A DNA stretch of 42,884 bases from Candidatus Micrarchaeia archaeon. Its GTDB lineage: Archaea; Micrarchaeota; Micrarchaeia; Anstonellales; Bilamarchaeaceae. Below are positions 25,674 through 35,272 of this stretch, piece after piece. Each line of letters starts with the position of its first letter. Position 1 is the stretch's first letter. The notes below the pieces were generated by a model, which worked only from the letters and a program-made list of their open reading frames with translations, ran no database searches and was not told the DNA's origin. Both the position numbers and the translations under genes were made by a program. The stretch spans positions 1-42,884 of the forward strand of contig JBKHJL010000005.1 of the NCBI GenBank assembly GCA_046538155.1, given 5' to 3'.

Positions 25674-27096
25674 TTGGAAGAGCATCATACATTTTTGTGA
25701 TTTCCCCCAAATCCAGCCCCAGGATTCCCCTTTCTTCCATGTACTTATGCGCAGAGGGCTCAAATCCGCTTTTTGAAGCAATGAGGAAGGTTACGTTTGA
25801 GCGCTGAGCCTGCGTGCAATTAAGGAACCCCACGCGCTGCTCAAGCTCCCTTGCAACTGCTGCCCCCACCGGCTCAGAAGTCCATTTTGCTTCCCCGAGC
25901 AGCAGCCCTTCCTTGCTTGCACCCAATATATCAATATCGCCCTCTTTTCTGCCCCACCAGGAGCCCAGTTCCGGAAAATCCATTTTTTTCCCCTTAATCT
26001 CTTTTCCATTGTATTTTGCCAGCAGCTCCTTTACTACCTCTTCGAATACCCTTCCTTCCATTATGGGAAGCTCTGCCCTAACCCTTTCCTTAACATGCCC
26101 GTAATGCTCAATCTCCAGCGCAGAGAGGTTCCTGAAAACAAAATTATACCAGAATGCAAAGAAGTTGTCCCTGAATATGTACTGGGGCCGGTGCTTTCCG
26201 CAGAGCGGGCTTGTTTTTTTTATTATTTCCAGCGATTTTTCCAGCTTGTTGAGGTAGAACCCAAGCACGGAAGGCTTTATCCCGGTCTGGTCTGAAATTT
26301 CCTTGAGGTTCCTGTGGCCTGCCGCTATTGCCGCAAGTATTGAATTATACCTTCCGGTATCCTTCAGCTCCATTCTGAGGAGCGCCTGCGGCTCATTCCT
26401 GAGTATCCCTGTTTTTTTTAGCACGTGCTTCTCTACTGTTTCCAGGTGGCTTTTTTCATCCGTGCACTGCTCCGCAAATTCCAGGTAGCTGGGCATTCCC
26501 CCAAAGGTGGCATAATTTTTTAGAATCATTTTTTCGTTTTTTATTTTTCCGAGTGCCTGCCTGAAGCACTGGTAATCAAATGCCTTTAGCCGGAATCTCC
26601 CGGTTGCCCTCCCGAATAAGGGGGCCCTCCCGCTTATTGCTATCCGGTGGATTGCCCCCACTGCGGAGCCCAGGAAAACCACCATTATTGGCAGGCCCTT
26701 CAACTCTGTGTCCCATGCCTTCTGGAACCGCGTAAGTGCGCGCGGGTCGGAGCGCATGCGCTGGAATTCGTCTATTACTGCTACGGTTTTCTGCTTTTTT
26801 GCCCGCTCCCCAAGGAAGGAAAAAAACTCTTCCCAGCTTTTGAACTCTACCCTTGTTTCAGGCCATGCCGAAGTGGCATCTTCTGAAACAGAGCGCAGCA
26901 TGTCCATCGGGGTGCCTTCATCTATCAGGGAATACATCCTTGATTCTTTTGGCAATTCCTCCATGAATTTGCGCACGAGCTCGGTTTTGCCCACCCTCCT
27001 CCTTCCATACAGGATTATTAATTCCCCCTTTTTTAGATTCCCGAATTTTTCCCGGAAAGATTCCAGCTCTTCTTTTCTGTCGGTAAATTTGGCCAT
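25666..27096 (-). CDS. Archaeal ATPase (ATPase_2-like) with wHTH and DUF234/PD-(D/E)xK-like C-terminus
   Basis: FTDRKEEL, YGRRRVGKT, IDEFQ, GGMPSYL, DNFFAFWYNFV, WWG...DIDIL...GEAKW. Confidence 0.93.
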   Translation of the reverse strand: MAKFTDRKEELESFREKFGNLKKGELIILYGRRRVGKTELVRKFMEELPKESRMYSLIDEGTPMDMLRSVSEDATSAWPETRVEFKSWEEFFSFLGERAKKQKTVAVIDEFQRMRSDPRALTRFQKAWDTELKGLPIMVVFLGSAVGAIHRIAISGRAPLFGRATGRFRLKAFDYQCFRQALGKIKNEKMILKNYATFGGMPSYLEFAEQCTDEKSHLETVEKHVLKKTGILRNEPQALLRMELKDTGRYNSILAAIAAGHRNLKEISDQTGIKPSVLGFYLNKLEKSLEIIKKTSPLCGKHRPQYIFRDNFFAFWYNFVFRNLSALEIEHYGHVKERVRAELPIMEGRVFEEVVKELLAKYNGKEIKGKKMDFPELGSWWGRKEGDIDILGASKEGLLLGEAKWTSEPVGAAVARELEQRVGFLNCTQAQRSNVTFLIASKSGFEPSAHKYMEERGILGLDLGEITKMYDALPKK

Positions 27097-27100
27097 GCTA

Positions 27101-27150
27101 AAAACATAGAGTTTAAACTATATAAATGTTATTGTTTGGACTCTACTTTT
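27101..27150. repeat. 50-bp direct repeat, right copy (contains the ATPase TATA box)
   Basis: aaaacatagagtttaaactatataaatgttattgtttggactctactttt; minus-strand TTTATATA about 23 nt before the ATG at 27096. Confidence 0.95.
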
Positions 27151-27154
27151 GTTT

Positions 27155-29878
27155 TTATACTATCTTTCCCATCGCAACCCGTTCGTTTCCGCCGCCTTTT
27201 GCGCCCTTTATGCCCAGGAGGAGCTCTTTTGCATTCTTCTTTGCCCCTTCCCCGGCAGCGCACACAAGCCCCCCATCAGCCCCCTTTAGGATAACCATGG
27301 TTCCTTTCTCCTTTGCAACCAGTTCCCCGATTTTTGCAAGTGTTTTCTGGCCCTCGTCCAGCTCTTCTTCCACAACCCCTTCCTTCCTGCTCCTTTCCAC
27401 CAGCTCTTTTGCAAGCTCCCCCATGAACCTCTCCTTTAGTTTCTCAATTTCTTTTCTCTGCGCCTTCCATTCAGAGAAGAACCTTTCAACCGTTTGCGGC
27501 AGCTCATTATCGCTTACGCTTACCACATCCGCAGCTTTCTTCAGCACCCCCTCCTTTTCCTGCATGTACTTTATCGCTTCAGTGCCTGCCTTGAACGTAA
27601 TCCTTTCTATCCCGTCCTGCACCCCTTCCACCTTTATTATTTTGAATGCGCCAATCTCCCCCGTAGTTTTGAGCATCTCATGAGTCCCCCCGCATGCCTC
27701 CGCATCTATCCCTTCCACTATCACTATCCGTATTTCTTTCCCTGGGACCGCTCCCCCCTGGTACAATCCAAACCCATATTTCTTTTCCGCATCGTTCCTT
27801 GCCATTACTTCCACTGCAATGGGCACATTCCTCATAATGTACTCATTCGTAAGCAGTTCGATTTTTTTCAATTCCTCTTCTGTAATCCTCTTGTAGTGCG
27901 TAATGTCCAGGTGCGCCTTGTGCTCATCTTTCCCGCTTCCCCCCTGCCACACATGGTTGCCCAGCACTTCCCTGCATGCCGCATTCAGCACATGCACCGC
28001 GGTGTGGTGCCTGCTTATCTGCATCCTCCTTCCCAGGTCTACTTTTCCTTTTACTTTTTCCCCTTTCCTGAATTTTGAAGAATCCTTTACTTCATGCAGC
28101 ACAACACCAGCCTCCTTGATTGTATTTTTCACTTTTTCCCCCTCCAGGGTTCCCGTATCCCCAGCCTGCCCTCCCCCTTCCGGGTAGAACCCGCTCTTAT
28201 CCAGTATCACATATTTCCCGATAACCGCAAGCACGTTCCCCTCAAATTCCTCTTCGCATGAATACCAGAGGGGCTCGGTTTTGGGAATCCCCTCCACATC
28301 TAAGAAATTTTCAATTTCTTCTGTTGAGCTCCGCTCAACATCAATCTCAATTTCCGTTTCCTCCCCTTCCCCCTCCTTTTTTCCCTCCATTTTCCCCTTC
28401 CCTTTCCGTGCCCTTTCTTTTTCCCCTTCTTCTTTCCCCCTTACCTTGTCATAGAAATCCATGGGCACTTCCACCTTTACGCCCTGCTTTGCACCCATTT
28501 CCGCAACATATTCCGGGGGTATCCCATGGCTCTTGTAGAGCACTTCCAGCTCTTTTTTGCCTATTTCCCCCTTCTTTAGCATGGTTGCAACCTTCCCGGC
28601 CCCCTTTTCCCTTGTTTCCAGGTATTTCCTTTTTTCTTCTTTTAGCACATCCGCGGTGGAGCCCACCGCGCCTTCCAAATCCGGGAAAAGCCCCTTCAGG
28701 CTTTTTGCATGGGCTTCCAGGATTTCCGCATAGTCCATCCCAAACCCATATTCTTCATCCATCCCGAATACCCTCCTTGCAATCATCCGGAGGTTGTACC
28801 CTCCCCCAGCGTTGCTGGGGAGCATTCCATCTTTTACTGTAAAAAGAAGCGTAAGCAAATGGTCCATGGACGCATACATCGCCTGGAGCGGCTTCAGGGT
28901 TTCCGAGAACCCCGGATACCCTATTTCCCTTTCTATGCGCGCAACCTCTGCAGCAGGGTCCGGAACCTCCTCAATGTCCAGCTTTCCCACTTTTTTGGCA
29001 TATTCCAGATAAACCCTGTCATCTACCTTAATCCCGAACTTTTTCCTGTATTTGGGCACCATGGGGCCGTAAACGACCTGGTAGCTGTCCGGCACCCCGT
29101 TTGTAATCCATGCAAACCTTGCAAGCCCTGCGCCCATATCTATTACTTTTGTGGAAAGCTCCCTTGAGCTCCCGTTTCCCAATATCTCGTATTGCATGAA
29201 TACGCAGTTGCCCAGCTCCAGCCCGCCCGAAAAGTACTCCATTGAGGGGCCGAAGTTCCCTCCCCCCATCCAGACATCTTCCATAAAGGTAATCCTTTCA
29301 TCCGAGATTCCCAGTTTCCGCATTACCTTTATATCATGCATCAATGCCTCATTTTTCCAGTAAAACATGCCCGTTTTCTTTGTATTGAAGGCATGCTGGC
29401 CAATCATCACGAAGTTCGTATAGTGCCTTCCGGTAACTCCCACATTTGCAATATCCGGGAACCGTATGCATGTCTGGGGCACAATTAGGGGGTTTGCAGG
29501 GGGCTCCAGTTCCCCGCTTACCACATATGGCTGGAAATCATTAATTGATGCAATTGTAAAGTATAAGTCATCCCTCCACCTTGCCACGGTTGGGTAGGGG
29601 GTTAGGCTTGTGTGCCCGTTTTCCACAAAATACTTTTCTATTTCCCTCCAGGTTTCTACATACCCAAGCTTCCTGTTGCTTGGGACATTCCCTACAAACT
29701 CATACCCTATGCAGGAAGAATCCTCGCAGGTGTCCCTCTCTATCGGGCTCCAGAAATATCTCTTGCACGACTTGCACTGGTACCTCTTGAAGTCGAGCTC
29801 TTCGAGTGCCTTTACCTTATAGTGCTTTTCCCACTCTGCGGAAAACTGCTTCCTAAGCTCGGCTTTAGTAATAGGCAT
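27155..29878 (-). CDS. alaS: Alanine--tRNA ligase, archaeal type
   Basis: N-terminal CKSC zinc motif, VARWRDDLYFTIASINDFQP, VIDMGAGLAR, FYPEGGGQ, editing HTAVH and CGGTH, C-Ala GGG. Confidence 0.98.
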   Translation of the reverse strand: MPITKAELRKQFSAEWEKHYKVKALEELDFKRYQCKSCKRYFWSPIERDTCEDSSCIGYEFVGNVPSNRKLGYVETWREIEKYFVENGHTSLTPYPTVARWRDDLYFTIASINDFQPYVVSGELEPPANPLIVPQTCIRFPDIANVGVTGRHYTNFVMIGQHAFNTKKTGMFYWKNEALMHDIKVMRKLGISDERITFMEDVWMGGGNFGPSMEYFSGGLELGNCVFMQYEILGNGSSRELSTKVIDMGAGLARFAWITNGVPDSYQVVYGPMVPKYRKKFGIKVDDRVYLEYAKKVGKLDIEEVPDPAAEVARIEREIGYPGFSETLKPLQAMYASMDHLLTLLFTVKDGMLPSNAGGGYNLRMIARRVFGMDEEYGFGMDYAEILEAHAKSLKGLFPDLEGAVGSTADVLKEEKRKYLETREKGAGKVATMLKKGEIGKKELEVLYKSHGIPPEYVAEMGAKQGVKVEVPMDFYDKVRGKEEGEKERARKGKGKMEGKKEGEGEETEIEIDVERSSTEEIENFLDVEGIPKTEPLWYSCEEEFEGNVLAVIGKYVILDKSGFYPEGGGQAGDTGTLEGEKVKNTIKEAGVVLHEVKDSSKFRKGEKVKGKVDLGRRMQISRHHTAVHVLNAACREVLGNHVWQGGSGKDEHKAHLDITHYKRITEEELKKIELLTNEYIMRNVPIAVEVMARNDAEKKYGFGLYQGGAVPGKEIRIVIVEGIDAEACGGTHEMLKTTGEIGAFKIIKVEGVQDGIERITFKAGTEAIKYMQEKEGVLKKAADVVSVSDNELPQTVERFFSEWKAQRKEIEKLKERFMGELAKELVERSRKEGVVEEELDEGQKTLAKIGELVAKEKGTMVILKGADGGLVCAAGEGAKKNAKELLLGIKGAKGGGNERVAMGKIV

Positions 29879-29933
29879 ATGGGGAGGATTTATGGAAGAA
29901 GGCTTTTAAGGATAAAGCCGGCATATTTTCCCT

Positions 29934-30866
29934 ATGAAGGTGTTAGTTACAGGGGGAGCCGGGTTCATCGGAAGCCATCTTGTCGAGAATTTGCTTAAGG
30001 AAGGATACGAAGTAACTGTCTTGGATAGCTTAAATGATTACTACTCCCCGGAACTCAAACAATCCAATCTCAATGAAATAAAAAAAACTTCGGATTTTAA
30101 TTTTTTTAAAGGAGATATAAGAAATATATCGTCTGTTAAGCGGGCGATGGGCGGGGCAGATATTGTTTTTCATGAAGCTGCCCAGGCAGGAGTGAGGTAT
30201 TCGGTTGAACACCCCGCAATTACCAACGAAATCAATACGCAGGGCACAATGAATCTTCTGGTAGCAGCAAGAGACGCCGGAATAAAAAATTTTATTTTTG
30301 CTTCTTCTTCATCCGTATACGGAAAGCACGAATATCTTCCTTTTGATGAGAACCATCCCACCAATCCAATTTCCCCATATGGTGTTTCCAAGCTGGCATG
30401 CGAGAAATACTGCCAGATCTTCTCTGATTTATATGGGATGAGGATACCAATGCTCCGCTATTTTACTGTATATGGCCCGCGCATGAGGCCGGACCTTGCA
30501 ATCAGCATTTTCATGAAAAATGCGATAGAAGGGAAACCAATCCGTATACTTGGGGATGGCTCCAAAACCCGGGATTTCACATATATAGATGATATCATCT
30601 CAGGGACCATGTGCGCTATGGAAAAAGGCAAAACAGGCCCGTATAATCTGGGAGGGGGCGTCCGCATTTCTGTGTTGGAACTCGCCCAAAAAATAATCAG
30701 TCTTACCGGAAGCCGTTCTTCCATAGAGTATCATAATGATGTTGTGGGAGACATGGTTGATACATTTTCAGATACTAAAAAAGCTAGGTCACAATTAGGC
30801 TGGGAACCAAAAACAACTTTGGAAGAGGGACTGAACAAGTTTTATAATTCGATTAAAAAATCTTAG
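29934..30866 (+). CDS. NAD-dependent nucleotide-sugar epimerase/dehydratase
   Basis: TGGAGFIGSH, AAQAGVRYS, ASSSSVYG, YGVSK, RYFTVYGPRMRPD. Confidence 0.95.
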   Translation: MKVLVTGGAGFIGSHLVENLLKEGYEVTVLDSLNDYYSPELKQSNLNEIKKTSDFNFFKGDIRNISSVKRAMGGADIVFHEAAQAGVRYSVEHPAITNEINTQGTMNLLVAARDAGIKNFIFASSSSVYGKHEYLPFDENHPTNPISPYGVSKLACEKYCQIFSDLYGMRIPMLRYFTVYGPRMRPDLAISIFMKNAIEGKPIRILGDGSKTRDFTYIDDIISGTMCAMEKGKTGPYNLGGGVRISVLELAQKIISLTGSRSSIEYHNDVVGDMVDTFSDTKKARSQLGWEPKTTLEEGLNKFYNSIKKS

Positions 30867-31987
30867 TTCTTATCCACTGCCCTCTTCCATTCAACAACGT
30901 ATTTTTTTGAAACGCTTTCGAGAGAATATTCTTCAATCGCTCTTTTTCTGGCATTTTTGGCCAGTTTTTCCCGCAATTTTTTATCATTAATCAGTTTATC
31001 CAGAGCACTGCATAGTGGATCCAAATCTCCAACCGGGAAAAGCAACCCTTCCTTTTTATCCTCCAGCACATCCTTGTTTTCAGGTATATCCGATGCAACT
31101 ATGGGCAATTCCGCCATCATAGCTTCAACTATTGCCCCTGAAAAACCTTCCCTGTAACTGGGGAAAGCAAAAATATCAAAACTTTTTAGTAGCGTAATTA
31201 CTTCTGAATGGGGTTTTCTGCCAAGCACTTTTACGTTGTTTTTTACCCCAAGTTTTTCACTTTCCTCCAGAAGGGATTTTCCATCCCCTCCACCTACAAA
31301 AACCAGTAAAACTTCCTTGTTTTTTTCCAGCAACTTGGGCATTACACGGATGAGGTCAATCTGCCCTTTGTGTTTTGCAATGCGGGAAACACACCCTATT
31401 ACGATCTCCCCTGCATCCTCTCCATAAATTTCCCTTCCTGTTATGCGATCTTTTTCTAAAGAAAAGGCATCCGCATTCCTTCCGGTGGGGATGTACGCCA
31501 GTTTTTCTTTAGGTATCCCATAAGACAACAGTTCCCGCTTTCCCTCCAAAGAATTACTTATAGTAAACCTGGAAAATCTCGCGCTGATTGTATCCACAAT
31601 TCTGGCCAATGCTGATTTTCCGGTATTTGTGTCCCGTTTTCCACATACAACCGGCATTTTGGAACCAATACATCCCAATGAAGCCACCAGATTATCCGCA
31701 GCCAGATATGAGGCTACGAGATTTGGATTGGTTCGGAAAACCAATCTTCTGAATTTGACAACCCCCCAAGGGAGGGATATTTTGGAATCCAACCCCAGAG
31801 TATGCAATTCAGCCACTTTCTTGAACTCTCCCTTCAGTTCTCCACGGTCGTAGAGCGTGCATACGTGGTGCTCAAATTCTTCATTGGGAGCACGGGACTT
31901 GAGAAGCTCTAGAAGGCTTGTTTCAGTTCCCCCAACCTCAAAGCTGGAAATAAGATGCAAAATTTTGCATTTGCCCGTTCGTGTCAT
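30863..31987 (-). CDS. GT4-family glycosyltransferase
   Basis: GGTE, SRIAKHKG, FPSYREGFSGAIVEAM. Confidence 0.93.
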   Translation of the reverse strand: MTRTGKCKILHLISSFEVGGTETSLLELLKSRAPNEEFEHHVCTLYDRGELKGEFKKVAELHTLGLDSKISLPWGVVKFRRLVFRTNPNLVASYLAADNLVASLGCIGSKMPVVCGKRDTNTGKSALARIVDTISARFSRFTISNSLEGKRELLSYGIPKEKLAYIPTGRNADAFSLEKDRITGREIYGEDAGEIVIGCVSRIAKHKGQIDLIRVMPKLLEKNKEVLLVFVGGGDGKSLLEESEKLGVKNNVKVLGRKPHSEVITLLKSFDIFAFPSYREGFSGAIVEAMMAELPIVASDIPENKDVLEDKKEGLLFPVGDLDPLCSALDKLINDKKLREKLAKNARKRAIEEYSLESVSKKYVVEWKRAVDKN

Positions 31988-33126
31988 TTTGGAGAGCCCT
32001 CCATAATCAGTGTTATTACTCTAGAGAATACTTCAAATTGCCCTTCCCAGCTAAAATTATTCCTAACCCTCTTCTGTGCAGATTCCCCCATTTTCTTAGT
32101 TTTTTTAGGGTCCGATTCCATTTCCTCCATCCGATCCAGAATTTTCTGGGCTTCCGGTTCAATAAGGTATCCAGTTTTTCCTTCAATAATCAGGTCGTAT
32201 GCTGCCCCCACTGCAGTAGTGCTTATCACCGGAAGCCCTGCACTCATGGCTTCGTTAAGGGAAAGCCCCCATGCTTCGCAGCATACATTATCCTGCATCA
32301 TGAATCTGGAGGGAAGCACGAAAACATTGCTTATAGAAAAAAGCGCGGATTTTTCCTCTTCCGAAACCCTGCCTAGGAAGGATACATTACGGATTCCCAA
32401 TTCTTTAGAAAGCGCTTTGCATTCACCAGAAAACGGGCCGTCTCCTGCAATGATGAGCACGGAATTTTTCCTCTCCTTTTCATGTTCTGAAAAAGCCCTA
32501 AGCAATAGGTCCAGTCCTTTGTATTTGACTACTCTTCCCAGATAAAGAAATACAAACTTCTCCTCAGATATGCCCAATTTTTTACGGAAAATTCTGCGTT
32601 CCTTTGAACCAAGGACTTTTTTTTCGTATGAGGTTGCAGAATTTGGGGCTACTGATATGCGATTTTCAGGCACTCCCATTTTTAGGTAAAACTCCTTTGC
32701 TTTCGACCCTGCGACTATGCAATGTTCTGCATTTCGGGCAACCAGGCCGGCAATCTTTTTACCAACAGAATACTTCATATTGCTGGGCAGCATCCAGGTT
32801 TCGTCCCACAGAACATATTTTCTAGATGAAAATCTTGAGGACAGGTATGTGGCTATGGATGGAAACCGGTATGGGATGGAAGCAATCACCAAATCATACC
32901 TGCGCAGGGCAGAAAATAGGCCTAAGTCGAAATCCTCATTGAATATAAAATTTGGCTTATCTTCAAGAAGCGTATACTTCATCTTAGCCTGCCCAAAGAT
33001 TTTTTCATGTTTTTTGAATGCGCTTCCACAGGTAAAAATGAACTCAACTCCCATTCGTTCGTATAATGAATTGAATAGGTTTATCCGGTAATCCCGCAGC
33101 ATCGAATGCAGAAAGACGATTTTCAT
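31984..33126 (-). CDS. GT4-family glycosyltransferase
   Basis: GRVVKYKG, FVLPS, EAWGLSLNEAM. Confidence 0.93.
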   Translation of the reverse strand: MKIVFLHSMLRDYRINLFNSLYERMGVEFIFTCGSAFKKHEKIFGQAKMKYTLLEDKPNFIFNEDFDLGLFSALRRYDLVIASIPYRFPSIATYLSSRFSSRKYVLWDETWMLPSNMKYSVGKKIAGLVARNAEHCIVAGSKAKEFYLKMGVPENRISVAPNSATSYEKKVLGSKERRIFRKKLGISEEKFVFLYLGRVVKYKGLDLLLRAFSEHEKERKNSVLIIAGDGPFSGECKALSKELGIRNVSFLGRVSEEEKSALFSISNVFVLPSRFMMQDNVCCEAWGLSLNEAMSAGLPVISTTAVGAAYDLIIEGKTGYLIEPEAQKILDRMEEMESDPKKTKKMGESAQKRVRNNFSWEGQFEVFSRVITLIMEGSPK

Positions 33127-33212
33127 ATTTTTGCTCCCAAGAGAAATAAAGTAATCTCCTTAAAATAGCTTTCTTTCAATTCAACAACCAGCAAATCAAT
33201 TCTAGTGGTTTT

Positions 33213-34487
33213 ATGCGGATTTCTATAATGGGTTCGGGTTACGTTGGCTCGGTTACTGGGGCAGCACTTTCCAAAAGAGGGCATTCTGTTTCCCTCTGCG
33301 ATGTTTCCAAAGAAAAGATAGATACAATTCTTGCAGGCAAAGCCCCAATCTTCGAGCCTGGGCTTGAAGAAGTAATCGCTTCTTCCCTTTTTTTGGGAAG
33401 GCTCTCTGCCACCACGGACATTGAAAAAAGCATATTAGACTCCGAAGTGGTTATGCTGTGCGTTGGAACGCCTCCAAAAGAGGATGGCTCCACAGATCTT
33501 GCATACATCCTTTCTGCTGCCAAAACCATCGGTTCCCTCCTTTCAAAAAAAGAGGGGTACTGCCTGGTGGTTGTCAAAAGCACGGTGCCCCCTGGAACCA
33601 CTGATCTGGTTTCCGAAGCAATTTCCCAGGCAAGCGGAAAAAAGGAAGGGGTGGATTTCGGAACTGCAATGAACCCGGAATTTCTGCGTGAAGGGGCTGC
33701 ACTGGAGGATTTTGAAAATCCGGACCGCCTGGTGCTGGGAGTCCGCAGCAAAAAGGACGAAGAGCTCATGCGGCAGATATATGCGAGCTTTAGCTGCCCA
33801 TTCTTAATATGCGACCCCAAAACTGCCGAAATGGCCAAATATGCTGCGAATTGCATGCTGGCAACCCGCATTTCCTTTGTTAATGAACTAAGCAATGCCT
33901 GCAAGGCCCTTGGGGTGGACACCTTCAAAGTGCTGGAGGGGCTTGGGCTTGACCATAGGGTAGGGAGGCACGTCCTAAATCCGGGGATAGGATTTGGGGG
34001 GAGCTGCCTTCCAAAAGATGTTTCATCTCTTTTACATACGTTTTCAATTGCCGGGCAGGACCCGGAACTGCTTCATGCAGTAGTCAGGGTTAACCAGAAA
34101 CAACCCAAATTATTTGTGGAATCCCTCAAAAAGAACCTAGGGAGCCTCAGCCAAAAATTCACCGTGCTGGGGCTTTCGTTTAAGGCAGGAACCGATGATG
34201 TCAGGGATTCTCCAGCCATTAAAGTGGTGGAACTTCTTATCAAGGAAGGGGCCCAGATAAAAGCATATGACCCCAAGGCAATGGAAAATGCGAAGAAACT
34301 GCTTGGAGATAAAATTGCCTATTCTGATACCCTAAAGGGTGCAGTGGGCTTCTCCGATGTGGTCCTGGTGCTTTCCGATTGGGATGAATTCAAAAGGCCG
34401 GAGCTGTATGTTGGAAAAAAGGTATTTGAAGGAAGAAAACTCTTCAAGCACGAAAAGTTTGATAATTTTGAAGGGGCAAGCTGGTGA
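33213..34487 (+). CDS. UDP-glucose/GDP-mannose 6-dehydrogenase family protein
   Basis: GSGYVG, CVGTP, KSTVPPGT, NPEFLREG, GFGGSCLPKD, FKAGTDDVRDSP. Confidence 0.96.
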   Translation: MRISIMGSGYVGSVTGAALSKRGHSVSLCDVSKEKIDTILAGKAPIFEPGLEEVIASSLFLGRLSATTDIEKSILDSEVVMLCVGTPPKEDGSTDLAYILSAAKTIGSLLSKKEGYCLVVVKSTVPPGTTDLVSEAISQASGKKEGVDFGTAMNPEFLREGAALEDFENPDRLVLGVRSKKDEELMRQIYASFSCPFLICDPKTAEMAKYAANCMLATRISFVNELSNACKALGVDTFKVLEGLGLDHRVGRHVLNPGIGFGGSCLPKDVSSLLHTFSIAGQDPELLHAVVRVNQKQPKLFVESLKKNLGSLSQKFTVLGLSFKAGTDDVRDSPAIKVVELLIKEGAQIKAYDPKAMENAKKLLGDKIAYSDTLKGAVGFSDVVLVLSDWDEFKRPELYVGKKVFEGRKLFKHEKFDNFEGASW

Positions 34488-34491
34488 TTTT

Positions 34492-35226
34492 ATGCAGGGA
34501 ATAATCTTGGCGGCAGGAAAAGGAAAAAGGATGAGGCCGCTCACATATTCAATTCCCAAGCCACTGCTTCCTGTTGGGGGCCACCCTGTACTAGATTATG
34601 TTATAAGGAATATGGAATCCTGCAAAAGCATCGATAGCCTTACTATAGGTGTTTCCTATTTTTCGGAGTTGATCCGGAACCATCTTTCGCATAAAAAAAG
34701 CCGGCTTTCCCCCATAAAAACTGTGAATACATTTGGCTGGGAAACGGGCGGGGACCTAAAGTCCATAATCCACCATCTAGACCTTGACTCCACAATTATC
34801 GTGGGTTATGGAGACAACATAACCGAGATTGATCTGGGGCACATGCTGGATTTCCATAAAAGCCAGGGAAGGCCAGCCACGCTTGCCCTTTTTGAAGTTC
34901 CCAAAAAAGACGCGCCCAGGTTTGGGTTGGCCCAAGTAGATGGCACCGAGATAACCGAATTCTTCGAAAAACCTGAAGGCGAGCCCCCCTCTTTGCTCGC
35001 AAATGCTGGTTATTATATCCTGGAGCCGGAAGCATTCAACCGATTAACCTTTGACAAGAAAAAAATAGAAGAGACGCTGTTTCCCCAGTTGGTTTCATCC
35101 GGTGAAATGAGCGCATATGTCTGGAAACCTCCAATCTGGATGGATATTGGAGATTACGAGTCTTATCGGTTGGCCAATAAAATGATCGAAGAGGGCGCAC
35201 TTCAGTCATTGCCAAATGAAGAATGA
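34492..35226 (+). CDS. Sugar-phosphate nucleotidyltransferase
   Basis: ILAAGKGKRMRPLT, PKPLLPV, GDN, FEKP, NAGYY, WMDIG. Confidence 0.94.
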   Translation: MQGIILAAGKGKRMRPLTYSIPKPLLPVGGHPVLDYVIRNMESCKSIDSLTIGVSYFSELIRNHLSHKKSRLSPIKTVNTFGWETGGDLKSIIHHLDLDSTIIVGYGDNITEIDLGHMLDFHKSQGRPATLALFEVPKKDAPRFGLAQVDGTEITEFFEKPEGEPPSLLANAGYYILEPEAFNRLTFDKKKIEETLFPQLVSSGEMSAYVWKPPIWMDIGDYESYRLANKMIEEGALQSLPNEE

Positions 35227-35272
35227 ATCCAGTTTATCCGTTTTAAAAACTCTTTGAACTATCTGTTTCTTA

